Notes: generated from the sequence alone by a model not told the origin. 64,000 nt of DNA from Tepidisphaera sp. (GCA_050916045.1 CP051526.1:3552001-3616000); one strand, 5' to 3'; counted from the stretch's first letter, positions 8,972-19,970 are shown. Translations and numbers: made by a program.

Positions 8972-10546
8972 TCAGCGGCGCTTCTTGAACCGGCCGGCGG
9001 ACGCAGCGGTCGAGCCCTTGGGCTTGCCCATCGCGGGCAGGCCGGCGAGACCCGGGAGCATGCCTCCGATGCCCCCCTGCGTTTCGCTGAGGGCTTTCAC
9101 GGCTTTGATCTTGTCCGCGGCGGACATGCTCGCCATGGTCTGGCTGAGCTTGCTGATGGTCTCGAATTGCTTGACGAGCTGAGCGACATCCTCGGGCTTG
9201 CTTCCCGAGCCCTTGGCGATGCGGATTCGACGCGAGACGTTGAGGATCGAGGGCGTCGCCCGTTCCTTTTTGGACATCGAGCAGATGATGGCTTCGACCT
9301 TGTCGAGGGCTTTGTCCTCGATGTGGACGTCCTTCATGAGGGACCCGACGCCGGGGAGCATGCCCATGAGCTGACGCATCGAGCCCATCCTCCGCATCGC
9401 CTTCATCTGCTTGAGGAAGTCGTCCATCGTCATCTGGCCCTTGGCCATCTTGTCGGCGAGGGCGTCGGCTTCCTCCTGGCTGACCTGCTCGTGGGCTTTC
9501 TCGACGAGTGCGAGGACGTCGCCCATGCCGAGAATGCGGCCGGCGTACCGGTCGGCGTGGAACTCTTCGAGCGCGTCGAGCTTTTCACCGACGCCGACGA
9601 ACTTGATCGGCGCACCGGTGACATGCTTGACGGACAGCGCCGCACCACCCCGGGTGTCGCTGTCGAACTTGGTAAGAACGACGCCGTCGACCTCAAGCCG
9701 CTGGTGGAAGGACTTGGCGGAGTTCACCGCGTCCTGACCCGTCATCGCGTCGACAACGAGGTAGATGAGGTGCGGGTTGAGCAGCTTGTTGACGCTCGAA
9801 AGCTCGCCCATCAGCTCGTCGTTGACGTGCAAACGGCCGGCAGTATCGAGAATGACGGTGTCGACGCCCTGGGCACGGGCTTCGGCAAGCGCCCGCTGGC
9901 AGACCTGAACCGCGACGCCGACGGCTTTCCCGTACGCGGCGACCTTGTCGGGCTCGGCGTAGCAGACGACCTTCCCGCCTCCGGGCGCGTCCTTCTGCAC
10001 CTGCGCGGCGACGGTCTGGAGCTGTTCCACGGCCGCGGGACGCTGAAGGTCGGCCGCGACAAGCATCACGCTCCGGCCACGCTTCTTGAGGAACGCCGCG
10101 AGCTTGCCGCACGTCGTCGTCTTGCCCGAGCCCTGCAGACCGCACATCATGACGATGGTCGGCCCAGGCGTCATCCGCGGGATCGGGTCCGACGGAGCTT
10201 TCAGCGTCGGAGCCAGCGGCATGCCGGGCGGCAGACCCAGCCCGCTCCCGGGTTGCGCGTCCGTCGCGGGATCAGCCGGCGTCCCGCCGAGGAACTTCAC
10301 GAGCTCCTCGTGAACGATCCCGATGATCTCCTGGCCGGGCTTGAGGCTCTTGGTGACCTCGCGGCCGAGCGACGACTTCAGGACCTGATCGGTGAAAGCG
10401 TTGACGACGTCAAGGTGCACGTCCGCGTCAAGCAGGGCTTTCCGCACGTCGCCCATCGCGTCGCGAACATTGGACTCGGAAATGTTCGCCTGGCCCGAAA
10501 GCTTGCGATAAAGGCCCTGAAAAGCGTCTGTCAGCCGATCGAACAT
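8972..10546 (-). CDS. ffh: Signal recognition particle protein Ffh
   Basis: MFDRL start, ALLDADV, GLQGSGKTT, DTAGR, DAMTGQ, TKFDSDTRGGAALS, RILGMGD, RIAKGSG. Confidence 0.97.
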   Translation of the reverse strand: MFDRLTDAFQGLYRKLSGQANISESNVRDAMGDVRKALLDADVHLDVVNAFTDQVLKSSLGREVTKSLKPGQEIIGIVHEELVKFLGGTPADPATDAQPGSGLGLPPGMPLAPTLKAPSDPIPRMTPGPTIVMMCGLQGSGKTTTCGKLAAFLKKRGRSVMLVAADLQRPAAVEQLQTVAAQVQKDAPGGGKVVCYAEPDKVAAYGKAVGVAVQVCQRALAEARAQGVDTVILDTAGRLHVNDELMGELSSVNKLLNPHLIYLVVDAMTGQDAVNSAKSFHQRLEVDGVVLTKFDSDTRGGAALSVKHVTGAPIKFVGVGEKLDALEEFHADRYAGRILGMGDVLALVEKAHEQVSQEEADALADKMAKGQMTMDDFLKQMKAMRRMGSMRQLMGMLPGVGSLMKDVHIEDKALDKVEAIICSMSKKERATPSILNVSRRIRIAKGSGSKPEDVAQLVKQFETISKLSQTMASMSAADKIKAVKALSETQGGIGGMLPGLAGLPAMGKPKGSTAASAGRFKKRR

Positions 10547-10681
10547 GCAAAAACCCTCCGCGGAGAGAAAAATCCGGGCGCGGACAGGGCTTGACCGGGC
10601 CGAGTCTAGGTCCGCCCACCCCCGCCGGGCGACCCCCGCCCCTCCCGGACGCCGAACCTTCGCCCGCGATAGACTTTCGGC

Positions 10682-11425
10682 GTGCAGAACATCGGAAACT
10701 ACCTCCACCTGATCATCCTCGCCCTCTTCCTCCTGGGCGGGTTCTTCAGTTGGCTCAGCAAGACCCTCAAAGAACAATCCGAAGCCAAGCGTGCCCGCGA
10801 TCGTCGCGAGCGTGCCCAGATGGAAGCTCTCCGCACGGGCCGTGCCGCCTCCGACGAAGCTCCCATCTCCGACGAGAGCGCGACGACGGCCCAGCGCCGC
10901 CTTCAGGAGCTCTCAGAACGCCGCAAGCGCCAACTCGATGAGCTCCGTGCCCGCCAAGCGGCCGCGGCCGCCGCCGGCTTCTCTGTCCAGTCAGCCTCAC
11001 CCGTCCCGCCCCCCCTCCCTGCGTCGCAAGAATCCAGCGCCGCCGAAGCCAAACGCCGCGAAGCGGCACGCCGGCAGGAACGCCAGCGTGCCGAAGCCGC
11101 CCGCCGACGCGAAGCCGCTCGCCTCGCCGCTCAGTCGCAGACCGAGCAGCAGCGAGAACAAACCATCGCCCAAACCCGCCGCGACTCGCAACGGCAGGCC
11201 CAGCGCGACGCCACCCGCAAGGAACAAGCGACCGCTTCCGAAGCCGTCATGGCCGCCGCGTTCGCTCTCCCCGCGGTGCTCCCGCCCGTCGCGCAGATCA
11301 AAGCCCGGACGCCCGGTATCGCGGCCATCGGCAAGCTCACCACTGAGGACCTCCGCAAAGCGGTCCTCATGCAGGAGATCCTGAATCCGCCGGTCTCGAC
11401 GCGCCGGCCTGGAGGTGGCTTCTGA
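10682..11425 (+). CDS. Hypothetical membrane-anchored coiled-coil protein (YqfB-like C-terminal motif)
   Basis: N-terminal TM helix, R/E/Q/A-rich coils, C-terminal DLRKAVLMQEILNPPVS; stop overlaps next start (TGATG). Confidence 0.7.
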   Translation: MQNIGNYLHLIILALFLLGGFFSWLSKTLKEQSEAKRARDRRERAQMEALRTGRAASDEAPISDESATTAQRRLQELSERRKRQLDELRARQAAAAAAGFSVQSASPVPPPLPASQESSAAEAKRREAARRQERQRAEAARRREAARLAAQSQTEQQREQTIAQTRRDSQRQAQRDATRKEQATASEAVMAAAFALPAVLPPVAQIKARTPGIAAIGKLTTEDLRKAVLMQEILNPPVSTRRPGGGF

Positions 11426-12249
11426 TGCGTCCTCTGATGCTTCCGGCCCTCGCGGCCGCCGCGCTCTCACTGGCGGGGTGCGGCTCGCTCGAGATCGATC
11501 CCAACGCCGAGGGCGAGGGGCTCTTTGAACTGATGTTCAACAGCCGCCCGCTGACGAACATCGTCAACGACGCTCAGGATCCCTTCGACCCCGACCGCCG
11601 CGCCCGCGGCATGCTCGCCCTCTCGACCACCTCGGCCGGAGGCGACCCCGCGTACGTCTCCCTCTACGCCGAGAACGCCGAGGACCCGGACCCAAGCGTC
11701 CGCGCCGCCGCTCTCAAAGCCCTCGGCCGTCACGGTACCGCCGAGCACACGGCGATCATGACCAAAGCCCTCACGACCGACAAGGACCCCGGCGTCCGTC
11801 AGGAAGCCGCACGCTCGCTCCAACGCGTGCACAATCCCGAAACCATCGAGCCGCTCCTCGCCGCCATCCGCCTGCCGGATGTCGCCAAAGGACAGTGGGA
11901 AGAGGACGCCGAAGTGCGGGCCCAAGCCGCGCTCGCCCTCGCTCAGTACCGCGAGCAGAAGGTGCTGCAGGGTTTGGTCTCCGCCCTCTACGACCCGCGC
12001 CTCGCCGTGAACCGCAACGCGCTGGTCGCCCTCCGCACGCTCACAGGCCAGGATTTCGGGTACGAACGCCTCGCGTGGGCTGCGTGGATCAAGGAGACGC
12101 CGAATCCCTTCGCGGGCGCGATCGTCTTCGAGTACCCCGCTTACTCCAGAGAGAAGACGCTCGTCGAGTACCTGCCCTTCGTGCCCAAGCCGCCGAACGA
12201 ACCCTCGACCACGCCCGCCGGGATGCCCCTGGGTCCGGTCAGTCGGTAA
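11425..12249 (+). CDS. HEAT-repeat lipoprotein
   Basis: Lipobox LAGC; repeats DPDPSVRAAALKALG, DKDPGVRQEAARSL, DAEVRAQAALALA. Confidence 0.85.
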   Translation: MRPLMLPALAAAALSLAGCGSLEIDPNAEGEGLFELMFNSRPLTNIVNDAQDPFDPDRRARGMLALSTTSAGGDPAYVSLYAENAEDPDPSVRAAALKALGRHGTAEHTAIMTKALTTDKDPGVRQEAARSLQRVHNPETIEPLLAAIRLPDVAKGQWEEDAEVRAQAALALAQYREQKVLQGLVSALYDPRLAVNRNALVALRTLTGQDFGYERLAWAAWIKETPNPFAGAIVFEYPAYSREKTLVEYLPFVPKPPNEPSTTPAGMPLGPVSR

Positions 12250-12322
12250 GTTGAGCATCTCGCGCGTCCGGTAACGGATCTCGTCGCGCACTTGCCGCGC
12301 TCATCCGGTCGATAGCACCCCG

Positions 12323-13291
12323 GTGAGTCCGCACGTCCAGCCCGGCACCATCAACGCCCCCGATCGCACCGCGACCCCGCTCGCGAAGGTGCGGGTCGTG
12401 CGCGCGCTGGCGACCTCGGTCGACGCGGCGCCGCTCGCGACCGCTCGCACAATCGCGCCCGGTCACCTGGGAGCGGGGGTGGTCGAATCGGTCGAAGGAT
12501 CCGCGGAGCTCGCGGCCCGCTGGGTCGGTAAGCGGGTGACGTGGAATCCGGTGGCGGCGTGTGCGCGGTGCGATCGGTGCCGCGCGGGCCTCTCGGCGCA
12601 CTGCGAAGAGCGCACGGTGCTTGGCTTTGGCGTCCGCGCGGGGTGCTTGGCGGCGGGTGTGGTGGTGCCCGCTCGCGACCTCATCGAGGTTCCGGCGAAG
12701 GTGGATGATGATCGCGCGGCGTTCGCGGGGCTGGTGGGAGCGGTGCTTCAGCTCGGCCACGCGGTGCGCCTTGACGGCAAGACGTTTGTCACGGTGCTTG
12801 GGGATGGGCCGGTGGGCCTTCTGACCGCGCAGATCATGGCCGGGCGGAACGCGTCGGTCCGGCTGCTCGGCCGGCACGAAGCCCGCTTCTCACTGGCCGA
12901 GCGCTGGGGTGTCAAGCACCGGCACGAAAGCGAGGTGGGCCGGCGGCACGATCAGGACATCGTGATCGACTGCACCGGTTCGCCCTCGGGTCTCGCGCTC
13001 GCTTCGCGTCTGGTGCGGCCGCGGGGCACGATCGTGATCAAGGGCCCGCCGCACGCGGACGCCCTGCCCGAGGAGAAGCTCTGGCCCGCGGATCTCGCGC
13101 CGCTGATCGCCGCCGAAGTGACCCTCAAGCACGTCTCTGCCGTCAGCACTCGGGAAGGCTTGGACGCGGTCGCTTCGGGTGCGGTCGATGTGCTCGCGCT
13201 TGCTGCCAAGCGGTTCACCCTCGCGAGCGTCGGAAAGGCCCTCGCCGCCGCCCGGGACCGCCAGATCGCGGCGGTCATCGTGGAAGCCTGA
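12323..13291 (+). CDS. Medium-chain (zinc-binding) dehydrogenase-like protein with degenerate catalytic site
   Basis: Structural Zn CARCDRC...C, GDGPVG nucleotide loop, VIDCTG, VRPRGTIV; GHE motif reads GHL. Confidence 0.75.
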   Translation: MSPHVQPGTINAPDRTATPLAKVRVVRALATSVDAAPLATARTIAPGHLGAGVVESVEGSAELAARWVGKRVTWNPVAACARCDRCRAGLSAHCEERTVLGFGVRAGCLAAGVVVPARDLIEVPAKVDDDRAAFAGLVGAVLQLGHAVRLDGKTFVTVLGDGPVGLLTAQIMAGRNASVRLLGRHEARFSLAERWGVKHRHESEVGRRHDQDIVIDCTGSPSGLALASRLVRPRGTIVIKGPPHADALPEEKLWPADLAPLIAAEVTLKHVSAVSTREGLDAVASGAVDVLALAAKRFTLASVGKALAAARDRQIAAVIVEA

Positions 13292-13313
13292 CCTCGCACC
13301 CCTACCGTCGAGC

Positions 13314-14177
13314 ATGCAGTTTCACTTCCTGGGAACGGGAACCTCGGCGGGCGTGCCCAGCATCGGCTGCGACTGCGCCGTCTGCACCAGTTCCGATCCG
13401 CGGGACCAGCGTCTCCGCACCTCCGCCGCGATCGTCTACCAAGACCCACAAGCACGCCACGACGACAAGAAGCGGACCGTTCTGATCGACGCCGGCCCGG
13501 ACCTGCGGCAGCAGGCGCTCCGGTCCAAGCTCACCCGCTGCGACGCGATCTTCTTCACGCACAACCATGTGGACCACACCTTCGGCCTTGACGAGATCCG
13601 GCGGTTCAATGTCGTGCAGCGAGCGCCGGTCGACCTCTTCGCGGAGGAGCACACGATGAAGTTCCTCCATCGCGTCTATGAGCACGTCTTCGACCCGGCC
13701 AAGAACATCAACGACAGCTTCGTCGCCTCCGTGATCGCGCACAGGCTGACGCCGTCGCTTTCGCCGGTGGACGTGCACGGGCTTCGCTGGACGCCGATCC
13801 GTCTGCTTCACGGGAGGCTTCCGGTCCTGGGCTATCGCATCGAGCCCGCGCCGCGTTCGACGCTGAACGCCCCCTGGCTTCCGCTGGCGTACTGCACGGA
13901 CATGTCGGCGCTGCCGCCCGAGTCATGGCCGCTTCTCGAAGGGTTGAGCACGCTCGTGATCGACGCTCTGCGCTTCCGCAAGCATCCGACGCATCTGACC
14001 ATCGATGAGGCTCTCTCGATCATCGATCGCGTCCGGCCCAAGCGGGCGTACCTCACGCACATGGCGCACGAGGTCGCTCACGCGGAAACGCAGGAACAGC
14101 TGCCGGAGAACGTGTTCCTCGCGTACGACGGCCTGGTGCTCGAAGCCGAACCTGCCGCGGGCGCGAGAGCTCCGTAG
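13314..14177 (+). CDS. MBL-fold metallo-hydrolase (PhnP/LipB-like)
   Basis: LGTGTSAGVP, CDCAVC, IDAGPDLRQQ, THNHVDH, AYCTD, HPTH, THMAH, AYDGL. Confidence 0.9.
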   Translation: MQFHFLGTGTSAGVPSIGCDCAVCTSSDPRDQRLRTSAAIVYQDPQARHDDKKRTVLIDAGPDLRQQALRSKLTRCDAIFFTHNHVDHTFGLDEIRRFNVVQRAPVDLFAEEHTMKFLHRVYEHVFDPAKNINDSFVASVIAHRLTPSLSPVDVHGLRWTPIRLLHGRLPVLGYRIEPAPRSTLNAPWLPLAYCTDMSALPPESWPLLEGLSTLVIDALRFRKHPTHLTIDEALSIIDRVRPKRAYLTHMAHEVAHAETQEQLPENVFLAYDGLVLEAEPAAGARAP

Positions 14178-14459
14178 CCCGACATGACGGCCATGGGCGG
14201 ATCCGGCCTCGGCGCGAACGCTCGGCCTTCACCGGCGACGCACCCCGACGGGGTGCGAACCGGTTCCGACTGGCGCGGTTATGCGGGCAATGCGGGGCGA
14301 ATCCGATGAAATTTCACGGAATCCTGCAACTCTCGCGTGAGTCCGCCCATTATCTCTCGTAGTGCATCTAGGCACTCACGGTCCAAACCGGCATCTCGGG
14401 GAGGATCGCGGTGGAATCGATGGTTTGAAGCTTTGAGAGATTGGCTGGGAGGGATCGTC

Positions 14460-15620
14460 ATGAAGACGTTGTCTTCGCGGATGTCGTCCGCGCCGGGGCT
14501 TCTCGCCCTGTCGCTGATGGCAGGTAGTTCCTATGCACAGTGCGCGTACAACCCGGTCGTCCTGCGTGCGGCAACAAGCTCCTGGACGCAGCAGTGCGAC
14601 GGACGCTGGAGCCCCGCGGGCGCGATCGACGCCAACCCCGGGTCGGGCTGGGCGATCGGCAACTGCTGGGCCCCCGGCGATCGGACGATGAGCCAGACCA
14701 TCGTCTTCGAATCGGTCCCCGCGCCCTCGCTCCTCACCGCGACGCGTGTGCGCATCCGGATCCATTCCGGCGGGTTCCACTCCTGCTGCGGCGGCGGACA
14801 CTTGACGCTCGGCGCGTTCCGCCTGTCCGTCACCGACGATCCTCAGAACACCTTCGCGAACGGCGCCGCCGTCAACGGCATGGTCGACGCCAACTGGTAC
14901 ACACTCATCCCAGACGCGATGTCGGCCCAACCGGCGGATCCGTGGGGCAACCCGCGGACCGGTGCAAGCCCGACGCTTTCCATCCTCGACGACGACGTCA
15001 TCCTCGCAAGCGGAGCGAACCCGGAGTGCGCCTGGTACACCGTCGAAGCGGAGCTTCCGATCTCGGGCGTCACGGGCGTGCGCCTCGAACTGATCGACTT
15101 CAACGGATCCAGCCTCGCTCCGGCGAACGGCCTCTTCACCGGCGGCCCGGGCCGCCACAGCAACGGCAACGCTCTCATCCGACAGATGACCGTGGAAGCG
15201 GCGGCGGGCGTCCCTTCCATCGCCGAGCAGCCCGTCGACGCCGTCGCGTGCGGCGACGGCGCGGCTTCCTTCTCGATCCAAGCGGCGGTTCCGGGAGCGT
15301 CGTACCAGTGGCGTTTCAACGGATCACCGATCTCCGGCGCGACCGCCGCGACGCTGTCGCTGGCAGGCGTTGATGAGTCGCACGACGGGATGTACGACTG
15401 CGTCATCTCGACCGCGTGCGGCAGCGTCACGAGCGCCGCCGCCCGGCTGAACGTCTGTCTGGCCGAGTTCAACTGCGACGGTGCGCTCGACTACTTCGAC
15501 TACGAGGACTTCGTCTTCGCGTTCGAGACCGGCCAGCCGCGAGCCGACCGCAACGAAGACGGCTTCATCGACTTCTTCGACTACACATGGTTCGTGACCG
15601 AGTACGAAACAGGATGCTGA
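14460..15620 (+). CDS. Secreted protein: discoidin/lectin-like domain + Ig-like domain + C-terminal GC-type dockerin-like module
   Basis: Signal peptide ending SSYA-Q; AIDANPGSGW; Ig motif SYQWRFNG...GMYDCVIS; tail CLAEFNCDG...DFFDY...YETGC*. Confidence 0.8.
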   Translation: MKTLSSRMSSAPGLLALSLMAGSSYAQCAYNPVVLRAATSSWTQQCDGRWSPAGAIDANPGSGWAIGNCWAPGDRTMSQTIVFESVPAPSLLTATRVRIRIHSGGFHSCCGGGHLTLGAFRLSVTDDPQNTFANGAAVNGMVDANWYTLIPDAMSAQPADPWGNPRTGASPTLSILDDDVILASGANPECAWYTVEAELPISGVTGVRLELIDFNGSSLAPANGLFTGGPGRHSNGNALIRQMTVEAAAGVPSIAEQPVDAVACGDGAASFSIQAAVPGASYQWRFNGSPISGATAATLSLAGVDESHDGMYDCVISTACGSVTSAAARLNVCLAEFNCDGALDYFDYEDFVFAFETGQPRADRNEDGFIDFFDYTWFVTEYETGC

Positions 15621-15726
15621 CGCCGGGGAGGGAATCCCCTGAATCCTCCGTGAACGCCGCTCGCCCCTCGCGTAAGGGACGGCGGCGGTTTCCGCCCGCG
15701 CCGCTCGCACGGCCCCGTGAAACAAA

Positions 15727-15754
15727 AAGGCGGCGGTCGCAAGACCGCCGCCTT
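15727..15754 (-). terminator. Intrinsic terminator after glnA
   Basis: aaggcggcggtc gcaa gaccgccgcctt perfect stem; T-run follows on the minus strand. Confidence 0.85.
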
Positions 15755-15779
15755 CACGGGCATGATGGAGGTGACGCCT

Positions 15780-17972
15780 TTACCGGATGTGGAGCATCTC
15801 GCGGTAGGTGGGCATCGGCCAGAGGTCGGCCGGGATGATCTGCTCGAGCGTGTCGACGATCTCGCGGAGCTCGGCCATCGCGGGCTTGACCTGGTCGCGG
15901 ATGTGCTCGGCGTGCTTGTGGTGGTTGCCGGGCTCGTTGTCCGCGTGCTTCTGCAGCTTGTTGATCGCGGTGCGGAGCTTGCCGACCATCTCGACGAGCT
16001 CTTCGAGCTGGCCGCGGGTGTCGCCGGCTTCGACGTCGGCGGCTTCGGTGGCCGCGACGGCTTCGGCCAGTTCGGTCTGAGCGCGGAGAGCCGCGGGGAG
16101 GATCTGGGTGCGGGCCATGAGGATGGCGGTCTCGGCCTCGATGAGGAGCTGCTTGATGTACTTCTCGAGGTAGATGTGCTCGCGGCTCTCGACCTCGATC
16201 TTGCTGAAGACCTTGAACTTCTTGAAGAGGTCGATGTTCTTCTTGCTGCCCAGCACGGAGAGAGCGGCGACGCTTTCGCGGTTGTTGAGGAGCCCGCGGC
16301 GGGCGGCTTCATCGTGCCAGCTCTTGTCGTAGCCGTCGCCGTTGAAGATCACCCGCTTGTGCTGCTTGATGATCTTCTGGAGGACGACGCGGACCGCGGC
16401 CTGGATCTTGGCGGGGTCTTCGGTGTTCTTGCCGATGGCTTTCTCAAGCTCGCCGCAGACGAAATCGAGGCTGTCGGCGACCATCGTGTTGAGGACCGTG
16501 GTCGGCCACGCGACGGCCTGGCTGCTGCCGACGGCCCGGAACTCGAACTTGTTGCCGGTGAACGCGAAGGGGCTGGTGCGGTTGCGGTCGCCGGTGTCCT
16601 TGGGAAGCTGGGGGAGAGCCTTGGAGCCCAAGTCAAGCTTGCCGCCCTTCATGGTGCTCTTGGCGGTGCCGGACTCGATCTGCTCGACGATGTCGGCAAG
16701 CATGTCGCCGAGGAAGATCGACATGATGGCGGGCGGGGCTTCGTTGGCGCCCAGGCGGTGATCGTTACCGGCGTGGGCGACGCTGGCGCGGAGGAGGTCC
16801 GCGTGCAGGTCGACCGCACGGATCACCGCACAAAGCGTCGTGAGGAAGATCATGTTGGTGTGCGTCTCGCCGCGCGGGTCAAGCAGGTTGACGCCGGTGT
16901 CCGTCGCGATCGACCAGTTCACGTGCTTGCCCGACCCGTTGATCCCGGCGAAGGGCTTCTCGACCAGCAAGCACGCGAAATTGTGCCGCTGCGCGACCCG
17001 CTTGAGGGTCTCCATGACGACCATCTGGTGGTCGGAAGCGACGTTGGCGGTCTCGAAGATGGGAGCGACTTCGAACTGGCAGGGCGCAACCTCGTTGTGC
17101 CGCGTCTTGATCGGCACGCCAAGGCGGTAGAGTTCCCGCTCGCTCTCGGCCATGAACGCCATGACGCGCGACGGGATCGACCCGAAGTAGTGGTCCTCGA
17201 GCTGCTGGTGCTTGGGCGGCTTGGCGCCAAAGAGCGTCCGCTCACAGGCCAGCAGGTCCTGGCGGTTGTAGTAGTGCTCGCGGTCGATCAGGAAGTACTC
17301 CTGCTCGCAGCCGCAGGTCGCCGTGACGCGGTTGACGCCGCCGGCGGCTCCGAAGATCTCAAGCAGGCGGATCGCCTGCTCGCTGACCGCGTCCATCGAG
17401 CGGAGCAGCGGGGTCTTGTGGTCGAGGGCCTCGCCGGTCCAGCTGACGAACGCGGTCGGGATACAGAGCGTGACCGCTCCCGCGTTGCGGGTGAGGAAGA
17501 CGGGGCTGGTGCAGTCCCACGCCGTGTAGCCGCGGGCTTCGAACGTCGCGCGAATGCCGCCGGAGGGGAACGACGAAGCGTCGGGCTCGCCCTGCACGAG
17601 GGCGGACCCGGCGAACTCGCTCAAAGCCCCGCCGTGGCCGTCGGGAACGATGAACGCGTCGTGCTTCTCGGCGGTAAGGCCGGTCAGCGGCTGGAACCAG
17701 TGGGTGTAGTGCGTCGCGCCGCGCTCGATCGCCCAGTCCTTCATCGCCGAAGCGATGACATCCGCGAGCTGGGCGTTGAGGGGCTCGCCGCGCTGGATGG
17801 TCCGCTGGATCTGCTTGAACACGTCCTTGGGCAGGCGCTGGCGCATCACGCGCTCGCTGAAGACGTCGGCGCCGAACAGAGCATCGACGGTCTGCGGCAC
17901 CCGGGATTGCTGCTGCTGGCCGTAAACGCCGTTCCGCAGTTCCATCCCAGACTCCATCGACGTGCTGCTCAT
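15780..17972 (-). CDS. glnA: Glutamine synthetase type III
   Basis: [82 protein letters not shown] at 17972 after GAGGAG. Confidence 0.95.
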   Translation of the reverse strand: MSSTSMESGMELRNGVYGQQQQSRVPQTVDALFGADVFSERVMRQRLPKDVFKQIQRTIQRGEPLNAQLADVIASAMKDWAIERGATHYTHWFQPLTGLTAEKHDAFIVPDGHGGALSEFAGSALVQGEPDASSFPSGGIRATFEARGYTAWDCTSPVFLTRNAGAVTLCIPTAFVSWTGEALDHKTPLLRSMDAVSEQAIRLLEIFGAAGGVNRVTATCGCEQEYFLIDREHYYNRQDLLACERTLFGAKPPKHQQLEDHYFGSIPSRVMAFMAESERELYRLGVPIKTRHNEVAPCQFEVAPIFETANVASDHQMVVMETLKRVAQRHNFACLLVEKPFAGINGSGKHVNWSIATDTGVNLLDPRGETHTNMIFLTTLCAVIRAVDLHADLLRASVAHAGNDHRLGANEAPPAIMSIFLGDMLADIVEQIESGTAKSTMKGGKLDLGSKALPQLPKDTGDRNRTSPFAFTGNKFEFRAVGSSQAVAWPTTVLNTMVADSLDFVCGELEKAIGKNTEDPAKIQAAVRVVLQKIIKQHKRVIFNGDGYDKSWHDEAARRGLLNNRESVAALSVLGSKKNIDLFKKFKVFSKIEVESREHIYLEKYIKQLLIEAETAILMARTQILPAALRAQTELAEAVAATEAADVEAGDTRGQLEELVEMVGKLRTAINKLQKHADNEPGNHHKHAEHIRDQVKPAMAELREIVDTLEQIIPADLWPMPTYREMLHIR

Positions 17973-18287
17973 TGCGAACTCCTCAAGCAACCGGTCCGGG
18001 GTTCGCCAACACGGCGTCGCCCGATGCCGGACAAGATTCGACCCAAACGCTCCCCTGTTCGGTCGCCCCGAACACCGCCCGGTCCCACTCGGCGACGGGC
18101 CGACAGCGACCGCGATGATAGCCAGCACCCCCGCGACGCCGACGGCCACCGGCCGACATGGACCTCCTTTTTTGAACGACTTTTCGGCCTCCCACGGCCT
18201 GAGCAGTTTACGGAAGCGTTACACTTCGCGTGAAGCGGTTCGCCGCTCCCCGACGGACGCGAAAGGCGTCCGTTCGTAGCGGATTTC

Positions 18288-19916
18288 ATGATTCGCCTCA
18301 CCGAGATCCCCCTCCCGCTCGATCATCCGCCCTCGGCCATCGCCGAAGCCGCCGCCGCTCGGCTTCGCCTCCCTCCGGACCAACTCCTCTCCTGCACCGT
18401 CTTCCGCCGCGCTCACGACGCCCGCGACAAGCGCGCCATCATGCTCGTCTACTCGCTCGACGTCGAGGTCGTGGGCGAAGCGGAAGTCCTCCGACGCTTC
18501 GCCCACAAAGCGAACGTCAAGCCCACGCCCAACATCGACTACTCGTTCGTTGCCCACGCCGCCCAACCGCTCCCCACGCGTCCCCTGGTCATCGGGGCCG
18601 GCCCCTGCGGGCTTTTCGCGGCCTTGCTCCTCGCCCAGATGGGCTTGCGGCCGATCATCCTCGAACGCGGCCGGGTCGTTCGCGAACGCACCAAGGACAC
18701 CTGGGACCTCTGGCGCAAGTCCGTCCTCCATACCGAGTCCAACGTCCAGTACGGCGAGGGCGGCGCGGGGACCTTCTCCGACGGCAAGCTCTACAGCCAG
18801 ATCAAAGACCCGCGACACCTTGGCCGCAAAGTCCTCACCGAGTTCGTCAAAGCCGGCGCCCCGCCCGAGATCCTGACCGAGGCCCACCCGCACATCGGCA
18901 CCTTCCGCCTCGTCAAGATGGTCGAGAACATGCGGGCCACCATCGAATCCCTTGGCGGCGAATACCGCTTCGAAACCCGTGTCACCGACTTTGACATCGA
19001 AACCCGCGCCGACGGCACACGCCAACTCCGCGGCGTCATGCTCGCCAGCGGCGAACACGTCGCGTCGGACCACGTCGTCTTGGCGGTCGGCCATAGCTCT
19101 CGCGACACGTTCCAGATCCTGCACGACCGGGACGTCTACGTCGAAGCCAAGCCTTTCTCCATCGGCTTTCGCATCGAGCACCCCCAGTCGCTCGTCGATA
19201 TGGCCCGCTTCGGCCCAAGCGCGGGCAACACCATCCTCGGCGCGGCGGACTACAAGCTCGTGCACCATGCTTCCAACGGGCGAAGCGTCTACAGCTTCTG
19301 CATGTGCCCGGGCGGCACGGTCGTCGCCGCCACCTCCGAAGAAGGCCGCGTCGTCACCAACGGCATGAGCCAATACTCGCGATCCGAACGCAACGCCAAC
19401 GCGGGCATCGTCGTCGGCATCACGCCCGAAGAGGACTATCCCGGCGGCCCCCTCGCGGGCATCGCGTTCCAACGCAAGTGGGAATCAGCCGCGTTCGTCG
19501 CGGGCGGCGGCACCTACGCCGCGCCCGCCCAGCGCGTGGCCGACTTCCTCGCCGGTCGCCCCAGCACGTCCCTCGGCAAAGTCATCCCGTCGTACAAACC
19601 GGGCGTCTTTCCCACCGACCTTTCGCCGTGCCTGCCAAGCTACGCCATCGTCGCCATTCGCGAAGCCCTCAAGAAGTTCGGCCGACAGATCAAGGGCTTC
19701 GACATGCCCGACGCGGTCCTCACCGGCGTCGAGACGCGCACCTCCTCACCCATCCGCATCAACCGCGATGACCACTACCAGAGTCTCAACACCCGGGGCC
19801 TCTATCCCGCCGGAGAAGGCGCGGGCTACGCCGGAGGCATCCTCTCCGCGGGCGTCGACGGCATCAAGGTCGCGGAAGCGGTCGCGCGGAGCATGCTGGG
19901 TGTTCATACTCCGTGA
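18288..19916 (+). CDS. FAD-dependent oxidoreductase (uncharacterised COG2509-type)
   Basis: VIGAGPCG, GEGGAGTFSDGKL, FCMCPGG, TGVETRTSSP, GEGAGYAGGILSA. Confidence 0.9.
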   Translation: MIRLTEIPLPLDHPPSAIAEAAAARLRLPPDQLLSCTVFRRAHDARDKRAIMLVYSLDVEVVGEAEVLRRFAHKANVKPTPNIDYSFVAHAAQPLPTRPLVIGAGPCGLFAALLLAQMGLRPIILERGRVVRERTKDTWDLWRKSVLHTESNVQYGEGGAGTFSDGKLYSQIKDPRHLGRKVLTEFVKAGAPPEILTEAHPHIGTFRLVKMVENMRATIESLGGEYRFETRVTDFDIETRADGTRQLRGVMLASGEHVASDHVVLAVGHSSRDTFQILHDRDVYVEAKPFSIGFRIEHPQSLVDMARFGPSAGNTILGAADYKLVHHASNGRSVYSFCMCPGGTVVAATSEEGRVVTNGMSQYSRSERNANAGIVVGITPEEDYPGGPLAGIAFQRKWESAAFVAGGGTYAAPAQRVADFLAGRPSTSLGKVIPSYKPGVFPTDLSPCLPSYAIVAIREALKKFGRQIKGFDMPDAVLTGVETRTSSPIRINRDDHYQSLNTRGLYPAGEGAGYAGGILSAGVDGIKVAEAVARSMLGVHTP

Positions 19917-19970
19917 TTGGTGCATCGGTCGGTGCGGACGTCGCCGACAAAGGCATGCGGAGCTGAACTC

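Noticed and set aside
18150..18225. Glutamine riboswitch or GlnR/NtcA box upstream of glnA
   Set aside because: Only short partial matches (TCGTTCA; GTAAC-N6-GTAAA), without the remaining conserved elements.
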